A stretch of DNA of 12,761 nt, from the NCBI GenBank assembly GCA_034658575.1, contig JAYEFK010000240.1, forward strand, positions 1 to 12,761. Direction: 5' to 3'. Source of the DNA: Methanobacteriota archaeon (GTDB lineage: Archaea; Halobacteriota; Methanosarcinia; Methanosarcinales; Methanogasteraceae). Below are positions 1 to 5,181 of this stretch, piece after piece (the first letter of the stretch is position 1; each line of letters begins with the position of its first letter). The notes under the pieces are model-generated. The model saw only the letters and a list, made by a program, of their open reading frames with translations, ran no database searches and was not told the origin of the DNA. The position numbers and the translations under genes were made by a program.

Positions 1-30
1 GGCGGGGGGCGGTGAAGACCCGACGCACCG
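1..30 (+). repeat. GC-rich array repeat, copy 0 (only the 3' end is present; cut by the window edge)
   Basis: ggcggggggcggtgaagacccgacgcacc aligns with the 3' part of copies 1 and 3 (ggcggcgggggcggcgaagatgcgagagcgcc). Confidence 0.6.
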
Positions 31-34
31 AAAA

Positions 35-42
35 TTTTATAA
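35..42 (+). promoter_or_regulatory. Putative archaeal TATA box (ttttataa) with a purine-rich BRE-like cgaaaa upstream
   Basis: It matches TTTAWATA and lies 23 nt upstream of the ATG at 65, consistent with a leaderless or short-leader transcript. Confidence 0.4.
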
Positions 43-64
43 CGAGACTGATGTAATCAAATCT

Positions 65-214
65 ATGGAATCGATGCCACAAAAGAGGATGGTTTTAACG
101 ATAGACCCAAATGAATTGAAGGAAGGGGTATGCAAAATATACCCCTCGGAAGATGAAAAATTTGCGGTGTGTTTGGAAAACGAAAAGATTAAAATCTTCC
201 CGATCGAAGAGTGA
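65..214 (+). CDS. Hypothetical small protein (49 aa), first gene of a two-gene cassette
   Basis: My own translation gives MESMPQKRMVLTIDPNELKEGVCKIYPSEDEKFAVCLENEKIKIFPIEE. It is below the ORF-track length cut-off. Its TGA at 212-214 overlaps the GTG at 211 of the next ORF (GTGA coupling). Confidence 0.35.
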   Translation: MESMPQKRMVLTIDPNELKEGVCKIYPSEDEKFAVCLENEKIKIFPIEE

Positions 215-405
215 GAGAAGGTATTTGGATGGATGTCCTTCCCATAAATCTATCGAGAAAGACTAGCGAGATCGTAATAGATCCAACCGTTTTTAAAGAT
301 GGAGATTGCAAAGAGATTCGCGTCTGGAGTTGGAAACGGTTTAAAACAGTAAAATATGTAGTGTGTTATAAAGATAGTGAATTTGTAATATCTAAATTCG
401 ATTGA
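211..405 (+). CDS. Hypothetical small protein (64 aa from GTG 211; alternative ATG at 229)
   Basis: An ORF-track entry that is AT-rich like the other cassettes. Its start overlaps the upstream stop by 4 nt. I recognise no family. Confidence 0.4.
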   Translation: MREGIWMDVLPINLSRKTSEIVIDPTVFKDGDCKEIRVWSWKRFKTVKYVVCYKDSEFVISKFD

Positions 406-548
406 ACATGAATATCTGATGAGTTGTGCTGTCATTGTTGCGTGGTTGAGTCGGGGGTCGCGAGCGGATTAGTGGGTGAACCGGTTAGAGCGTCCGAATA
501 TGGCGTTTCGTTTGCTGGTGAGAAAGTTGTTTTAATTCTGAAGACGCA

Positions 549-764
549 CCACTCGCTCCTTCATTCTTCTACAGATCATCCCCGGCGGCGCATCCGCCAG
601 CGACACCGTGGCGCAGATGCCCCCGCCGCCCGGCTCGCCCGCGACTGCGCACACACGGCACGAATGGGCGGCGGGGGCGGCGAAGATGCGAGAGCGCCCG
701 AGCCGCAAACCATATACCATCACAAACACAAAGAATCCACGAACACTATGCCAGAGGTGGAGAA
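549..764 (+). repeat. GC-rich array repeat, copy 1 (5' arm diverged or truncated; 3' leader module shared with copy 3)
   Basis: The core ctcgctcc...ccccggcggcgcatccgcc...cgccgcccggctcgcc...cacacacggcacgaatgggcgg aligns with copies 2-4. Segment 689-764 aligns with 2502-2587. Confidence 0.85.
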
Positions 765-965
765 ATGCACGAAGAACTAAAATGGTTTGCATCGTTCCCA
801 GATGAACTAAAGAAATTCAGAGGAAAACATATCGCGATAATCGGAACAGAAGTTGTTGCCAGTGGTGATAACGCAATAGCCATCTTGAAGGATGCTAAAA
901 AGAAATTTCCTACTAAAAACCCGGTTCTGGCGTTTGTGCCAAAGGAAGATATGCTGATACTATAG
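765..965 (+). CDS. DUF5678-like small protein (antitoxin-like partner of archaeal retropepsin-like proteases)
   Basis: MHEELKWFASFPDELKKFRGKHIAIIGTEVVASGDNAIAILKDAKKKF... matches my memory of the DUF5678 pattern (W...ELxKKYxGKWVAIxxxxVIASGD...A). An SD aggtggag lies at 755-762. Confidence 0.6.
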   Translation: MHEELKWFASFPDELKKFRGKHIAIIGTEVVASGDNAIAILKDAKKKFPTKNPVLAFVPKEDMLIL

Positions 966-973
966 GTGATCTG

Positions 974-1369
974 ATGGAATTTCCATATCAGAAAGAGCAA
1001 TCAAGACTATTTGGCAATATTTGCAGACCAGTTGCAGAATTTGAAGTGGAGACTGAACTCGGTTGGACGTCGGTACTGGCATATATCGATTCAGGTGCGG
1101 ATATCACACTGCTTCCGATGTCCTTTATAACAGCACTGGATATTCATATTGAAGAAGAAGATATCAATGATATAAGGGGAATTGGAGATGCTAAACTACC
1201 GATAATCGTAAAAAGAGTCAGAATGCGACTCGCTGGAAAAACGTTCGATACTGAAGTTGCAATTGCATTAATGGAGGGTGTTCCATTCCTTTTGGGCAGA
1301 GAGGGCGTCTTTGACCAATTTGAGATATGTTTCAGGAGAAATCGAACGATCCGTTTTGAAGATGCATAA
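974..1369 (+). CDS. Retropepsin-like (clan AA) aspartic protease, small archaeal type
   Basis: It has the catalytic motif AYIDSGADITLLP (hydrophobic-D-S-G-A), a flap-like GIGDA and a C-terminal FLLGREGVF (the LLGRD-like motif). An SD aggtgat lies at 964-970. Confidence 0.75.
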   Translation: MEFPYQKEQSRLFGNICRPVAEFEVETELGWTSVLAYIDSGADITLLPMSFITALDIHIEEEDINDIRGIGDAKLPIIVKRVRMRLAGKTFDTEVAIALMEGVPFLLGREGVFDQFEICFRRNRTIRFEDA

Positions 1370-1422
1370 CGTTTAACGATGGGATTGCGCATCGTCACCA
1401 TTTAATCATCCAGATAGCACAA

Positions 1423-1600
1423 CCCCACAGCCACCCGCCCCCTCTCGCTTCCACGACTCCCCCGGCGGCGCAGCCACCAGCGACACCACGCAGATGCCCC
1501 CGCCGCCCGGCTCGCCTGCGACGAAGCACGCACAGCACGAATAGGCGGTAGGGGGCGGCAAGGATGGAAAGTTTAAATATGCAAGATGGTATAGGTGGAG
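1423..1600 (+). repeat. GC-rich array repeat, copy 2
   Basis: ccccacagccacccgccccctctcgcttccacgactcccccggcggcgca...cgccgcccggctcgcctgcgacgaagcacgcacagcacgaataggcgg aligns with copies 3 and 4 along its full length. The 3' flank is cassette-specific. Confidence 0.85.
1572..1579 (+). promoter_or_regulatory. Putative TATA box (tttaaata) preceded by ggaaag
   Basis: A consensus-like TTTAWATA lies 27 nt upstream of the ATG at 1607. Confidence 0.4.
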
Positions 1601-1606
1601 CCAACA

Positions 1607-1951
1607 ATGCAAGAAGTAGTCACATTTGGGGAAATCTTGGATATGCGCCATGAGAAGTTCGTATTTGAGAGCAAGAAAAATATGGGTGATATTGTATACG
1701 CGCTTGTTCATGAGATAGTTGAATTGAGAAAGGAACTTGAAGAAATTAAGGGCAATAAGTCGGTGGATGTTGTAGAAAGGATCGTAGTGTTAAACGATGT
1801 TTCTTATTCTGTGGCTAAAAGTATGATCGAAGATTATTTGAAAAGCCACGAAGACGTTTATATGTATGAGCTATCTAATGACTTAAGATTGGACTTAAAG
1901 ATTGTCCATGAAATCGTTGAGGAACTAATTAAAGAAGATAAGGTAGAATAG
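1607..1951 (+). CDS. Hypothetical protein with a probable C-terminal winged-helix DNA-binding domain
   Basis: The ORF track starts at GTG 1595. I prefer ATG 1607, which lies 6 nt after the SD aggtggag (1593-1600). The C-terminal VYMYELSNDLRLDLKIVHEIVEELIKEDKV resembles wHTH recognition regions. The family was not identified. Confidence 0.5.
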   Translation: MQEVVTFGEILDMRHEKFVFESKKNMGDIVYALVHEIVELRKELEEIKGNKSVDVVERIVVLNDVSYSVAKSMIEDYLKSHEDVYMYELSNDLRLDLKIVHEIVEELIKEDKVE

Positions 1952-1960
1952 GCGGTTTTC

Positions 1961-2146
1961 ATGCCGATATGCAGAGACAAAGGAGATGCCATAGAAGGAG
2001 AGGTGATAACCTGTCAGGCACGGAAATATGAGGCGATGGTGATAAAAGGAAGTGGGGCGCATAGAGCCACAAGGATTAAATTAAGCAGTAGAGGTAGGAC
2101 TTCTGCATATTGTGTGATAGATAAACCGCTGAAGTGGATAAAATAG
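1961..2146 (+). CDS. Hypothetical small basic protein (61 aa); coding status uncertain
   Basis: An ORF-track entry bounded on both sides by the 9-nt motif aataggcgg, whose TAG supplies the stop of this ORF and of the preceding one. I recognise no family. Confidence 0.3.
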   Translation: MPICRDKGDAIEGEVITCQARKYEAMVIKGSGAHRATRIKLSSRGRTSAYCVIDKPLKWIK

Positions 2147-2348
2147 GCGGATCGTGTCTTAATATGGGGAGCTGCGATGCGATCAGAACCAGCAGCTCAT
2201 AGCTTATGGCGTGACAAGAGACCACCATGATTCAGAACAATATCTGCAATTGCAGTATTGTCAGCAGTGGCTTATTTTGAGAGGGGGACTGAAATAAAGC
2301 ACGTGTGATCGATTCCATATACACATCCCACAAGGCGGTCTACCCATG

Positions 2349-2587
2349 CCCACAGCCGCCTGCCGCCTGCGCACCCGGCAGGCCGTCCCCACCTCGTTCT
2401 CGCTTCCACGACTCTCCCGGCGGCGCATCCGTCCGCGGCGCCCGGCTTGCCTGCAACGAAGCACACACAGCACGAATAGGCGGCTGGGAGTGGCGAAGAT
2501 GCGAGAGCGCCCGAGCCGCAAACCATATACCATATACCATCACAAGCACAAGCAATCCACAAACATAATACCAGAATAGGTGGAGAA
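2349..2587 (+). repeat. GC-rich array repeat, copy 3 (full 5' arm, shortened central hairpin, long 3' leader module)
   Basis: It aligns with copies 2 and 4 over cccacagccgcc...cacgaataggcgg, and with copy 1 over gcgaagatgcgagagcgcccgagccgcaaaccatataccat...ggtggagaaatg. Confidence 0.85.
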
Positions 2588-2625
2588 ATGCGACAAAGAA
2601 TTGCTGGAGTGATCTGGTGGCGACA

Positions 2626-2939
2626 ATGAGTTTTCGTTCGATATCTGGCAACACGGTTGCGCTTACCCGATCTGGAATGGATCATATCGCGAAACGGCAT
2701 CCAGAACTCAAGAACTTCGATTTGGCGAATAGGATCGGTATCGCCGTCGAATCTCCTCTGATTATGTCGTGCAGGGGAAATTTGGCAGACATATCGCTAT
2801 GAGGTCCGAGCCGATGATGTTTGGCAAGGCTAAATACATGGTTGTGATCTACGAAGATGGTGGGGAAGTGATAACAGCATTTATTACTTCAAAGATCGGA
2901 AAGATCATCAGGAGGGATGTACTATGGAAGCGATGTTAA
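2626..2939 (+). pseudogene. Frameshifted toxin-like gene (the family usually annotated DUF4258 and partnered with DUF2283)
   Basis: Frame 1 (2626-2802) gives MSFRSISGNTVALTRSGMDHIAKRHPELKNFD...AVESP. The frame starting at 2733 continues with ...SDYVVQGKFGRHIAMRSEPMMFGKAKYMVVIYEDGGEVITAFITSKIGKIIRRDVLWKRC and stops at 2937-2939. The frame switch lies within 2733-2762, next to a tctcctct tract. Confidence 0.6.
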
Positions 2940-3121
2940 AGGTGAAAACGGTGGAAGCTCTGGATATAGATTACGATTCCGGCAGAGACGTGCTTTACAT
3001 AAGTTTTGGATCACCAACTGCTGCTGATGATGCAGAACTCCTGGATAATGATGTCATCGTGCGGTACAGGCACCACCGGATGGTAGGGATAACGGTTCCA
3101 GATTTTTCGCGAAGAAGTTAA
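2924..3121 (+). CDS. DUF2283-family small protein (antitoxin-like)
   Basis: LDIDYDSGRDVLYISFGSP...DNDVIVRYRHHRMVGITVPDF matches the DUF2283 pattern (YD.E.D.LYI......V.......G.IVGIEI). An SD aggaggg lies at 2909-2915. The gene overlaps the upstream toxin frame by 16 nt. Confidence 0.7.
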   Translation: MEAMLKVKTVEALDIDYDSGRDVLYISFGSPTAADDAELLDNDVIVRYRHHRMVGITVPDFSRRS

Positions 3122-3168
3122 GCGAACAGAGACGTCTCGATCATAGATCGCTATGGGTGGCACCTCGT

Positions 3169-3330
3169 CCACAGCCGCCCGCCGCCTGCACACACGCCTC
3201 TGCCCGCCCCCGCTCATCTTTCGCGACCCCCGGCGGCGCATCCGCCTGGGACGTCACAACGCAGAGGCTCCCGCCGCCCGGCTTGCCTGCGACGAAGCAC
3301 ACACAGCACGAATTGGCGGCGAAGGGCGCC
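3169..3330 (+). repeat. GC-rich array repeat, copy 4 (terminal copy, abutting host DNA)
   Basis: ccacagccgcccgccgcctgcac...gacccccggcggcgcatccgcc...ccgccgcccggcttgcctgcgacgaagcacacacagcacgaattggcggcgaag aligns with copies 2 and 3. Homology is lost after about 3326. Confidence 0.85.
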
Positions 3331-3429
3331 ACGATGTGTGCAGAGGTCAAGGCACCCCCCGTACTGGTACTGTGTTATCGGCACCTCGCGGTAGCAGCGA
3401 TACCACAACCTTGATATGCACATCTCCCG

Positions 3430-4596
3430 ATGTCGTCAGACAGAGGCGTTTATTTGACTGAATTTGACATACACGTTGGCTACACACACATCAAAAATCC
3501 GATCGCGCTTGCACCGATGGCAGGCATCACAAACATCGACTTTGTCAGGGATCATGCAATGAGCGCAGGGCTTGCCGTGATCGGCGGATATAATCTGGAC
3601 GATGCGACAAACGAGGCAGCAAGGAGCATTAACGAGCGCGGGCGTGCTGAATTTGTGACACCCGAGCCTACCAAACATCTGCGAAGCGAACTCGATCGCC
3701 TGGAAGGGATGGGTGACTCCCCCACAATCGCACTCAACGTCAGAAGCGCTGAAATTATGCCGCTAATGGAGACGGCACATCTCGCAAAGGAGTATGGCGC
3801 AATCCTTGAGATCGATTGCCATTGCCGACAGCCGGAGATGACAGATATCGGGGTGGGCGAACCTCTTCTTCACGATTTGCAGAAACTTGGATCGATCATC
3901 TCGAAGATCAAGGAAACCGGGGTTGTTCTCTCTGTAAAGACCAGATCCGGAATCGTTGACGACCGCGAACTTGCGGTAGCGATCGAGGAGGCAGGCGCGG
4001 ATATGATCCACATCGATGCCATGGAACCCGGATATGGCGCTGACTATAATGCGATCAAGGCGGTAAGAAATGCCACCGATCTCTTTATGATATGCAACAA
4101 TTCCGTCACGGATTTCAGAAGCGCAAAGGATATGTTCGGATACGGTGCAGACATGGTCTCGCTTGCGCGAGCTGTGCCCAAGATTCCAGGAGTGATAGAT
4201 GACCTTGTCCGCTCTGTCACCACCTTTCAGAAGCAGACCGGCTGGTACAATGCACCAAAGCACATCTGCAGCGGAGGAGACGATCGGGCACTCGCGTTCT
4301 GCTGCCTGCCTGTCAAGCGGTGTGCGCTCATGCGGGTGCTCCGCAGGTATGGGATGACGCCGCAGGAGTTTGCAGACTTAAAGGTCGAACTCTCACGCGG
4401 AACACCGCTCGAACTTGGAGATAACACATGCTTCGGGACGCTGATATGGTGCTGCAAACTCACAAAACCGTGCTTCATGCGTGACGCTGTGCTCGATCAG
4501 ATCGGCATTTCAGGAGCCCAGTATATGAAACTCAAGAAACAGCTCTCTGAAGGTATTCTTAATCGCCTCAGAAACTCCCAATCTCAGCTGCTGTGA
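3430..4596 (+). CDS. Methanogenesis marker domain 9-type protein: N-terminal TIM-barrel-like region plus a C-terminal 8-Cys domain
   Basis: The C-terminus contains FCCLPVKRC and WCCKLTKPC plus four more Cys, matching my recollection of the [WFY]CCxxKPC x2, eight-invariant-Cys marker-9 domain. The N-terminal APMAGITN resembles Dus/NifR3-like barrels. Confidence 0.6.
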   Translation: MSSDRGVYLTEFDIHVGYTHIKNPIALAPMAGITNIDFVRDHAMSAGLAVIGGYNLDDATNEAARSINERGRAEFVTPEPTKHLRSELDRLEGMGDSPTIALNVRSAEIMPLMETAHLAKEYGAILEIDCHCRQPEMTDIGVGEPLLHDLQKLGSIISKIKETGVVLSVKTRSGIVDDRELAVAIEEAGADMIHIDAMEPGYGADYNAIKAVRNATDLFMICNNSVTDFRSAKDMFGYGADMVSLARAVPKIPGVIDDLVRSVTTFQKQTGWYNAPKHICSGGDDRALAFCCLPVKRCALMRVLRRYGMTPQEFADLKVELSRGTPLELGDNTCFGTLIWCCKLTKPCFMRDAVLDQIGISGAQYMKLKKQLSEGILNRLRNSQSQLL

Positions 4597-5027
4597 ACAA
4601 TCATCACCGGAATGGTGGACGTGTGAACGACCCTGGTGGCAACGCTTCCGACAAGAATTCGATCAAGCCCTGTTTTGCCAAGCGTGCCCATCACGATAAG
4701 GTCGATCTCGTTTTCCTGTGCATAGAGAACGATCTCGCTCGCAGGATGCCCTTCCAGAATGCTGCACTCGACAGATACGCCGGATTCCGTGCCCTGATCT
4801 TCCACGTGCTTCAGAGCCTCATTGCCTTCTATGCGTATCAGTTCATACATACTCTCCCATGCAGCGTCCATCGGCAGTGTTGCAAACGCACCTGCATCAA
4901 GGACGTATACAGCGTGAACATCTGCCCCTGCGATGCGGGCAAGTTCGATGCCGTAGTCAACCGCCTTTTTGGTGTTCTCTGAGCCGTCGGTCGCGATCAG
5001 GATATTTTTGTATAATTCACTCTCCAT
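4584..5027 (-). CDS. Universal stress protein (UspA family)
   Basis: ILIATDGSENTKKAVDYGIELA...HAVYVLD...LIVMGTLGKTGLDRILVGSVATRVVHTSTIPVMIV is a classic UspA pattern including G-x2-G-x9-G(S/T). Its 3' end overlaps the convergent upstream gene by 13 nt. Confidence 0.85.
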   Translation of the reverse strand: MESELYKNILIATDGSENTKKAVDYGIELARIAGADVHAVYVLDAGAFATLPMDAAWESMYELIRIEGNEALKHVEDQGTESGVSVECSILEGHPASEIVLYAQENEIDLIVMGTLGKTGLDRILVGSVATRVVHTSTIPVMIVHSS

Positions 5028-5181
5028 AAGATCATCTCATCTACCGGATTGCTGTGGAATGGGATAAGGTTTTGTGTTGAGGGGTGGAGGCGCATTTGAT
5101 GATCAGGGGGTGGGGAAGTCGGGCTACAAGCGTTTAAGGAGTTGTGGAGCATAGTTTAGCGCGGATATTTCCGGAGCAAAC

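Larger units (their letters stand above)
1..3330 (+). mobile_element. Hypothesised cassette array: AT-rich small-gene cassettes alternating with GC-rich structured repeats (integron/CALIN-like, non-canonical sites)
   Basis: Five homologous GC-rich repeat copies at 1-30 (partial), 549-764, 1423-1600, 2349-2587 and 3169-3330. All are in the same orientation as the small ORFs they separate. There is a sharp AT-rich/GC-rich alternation. No recombinase gene lies in the window. Confidence 0.45.

Noticed and set aside
424-780. Long ORFs running through the GC-rich repeats on both strands: 424-780+, 532-792-, 1406-1711-, 2272-2700-, 2346-2579+, 3141-3350- and 3153-3461+.
   Set aside because: Both strands are open simply because the sequence is GC-rich and poor in stop codons. 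The translations are low-complexity Arg/Pro/Ala/Gly. Copies differ by indels that are not multiples of three (copy 3 lacks 23 nt relative to copy 1), so no reading frame is conserved across copies.
1371-1377. Canonical integron attC ends (RYYYAAC ... GTTRRRY). gtttaac sits 1 nt after the protease gene stop.
   Set aside because: It is a single occurrence and is not found at the equivalent position of the other units. The conserved repeat ends (ccacagcc... / ...aataggcgg) do not match the R''/R' consensus. Any integron analogy is architectural only.
2076-2255. A 50-codon minus-strand ORF (ATG at ~2228, running down to ~2076), a 12-codon plus ORF at 2164, and the 12-bp palindrome ctgcaattgcag (2244-2255) in the 2151-2348 non-coding stretch.
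   Set aside because: The ORFs have no SD and no recognisable family, and the minus ORF overlaps the 1961-2146 ORF. The palindrome is real but isolated. It could be an operator, but there is no second copy or context to support a call.
2349-2501. The repeat as a tRNA-gene fragment or att site of an integrated element, or as a known structured RNA (SRP, RNase P, group II intron domain V).
   Set aside because: Neither strand shows a T-arm (GGTTCGAAT-like) or a cloverleaf segment, and I could recognise no resemblance to those RNAs. Five tandemly dispersed copies are also inconsistent with a single att duplication.
1-3330. Interpretation of the repeat/spacer pattern as a CRISPR array.
   Set aside because: The repeats are about 140-240 bp and imperfect, not 25-40 bp and near-identical. 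The 'spacers' are 340-600 bp and contain SD-led genes. No cas genes are present.
4584-4596. The 13-nt overlap of the convergent 3' ends of the Mmp9-domain gene and the usp gene as a regulatory antisense arrangement.
   Set aside because: Short convergent overlaps are common in compact archaeal genomes, and there is no additional structure or conservation evidence in the window.
5082-5125. G-runs (gaggggtggagg...cagggggtggggaagtcggg) in the usp/GGR divergent intergenic region as a G-quadruplex.
   Set aside because: The first G-run is separated from the others by about 20 nt, giving a poor G4 geometry. A divergent promoter/5' region explains the space well enough, and there is nothing to support function.
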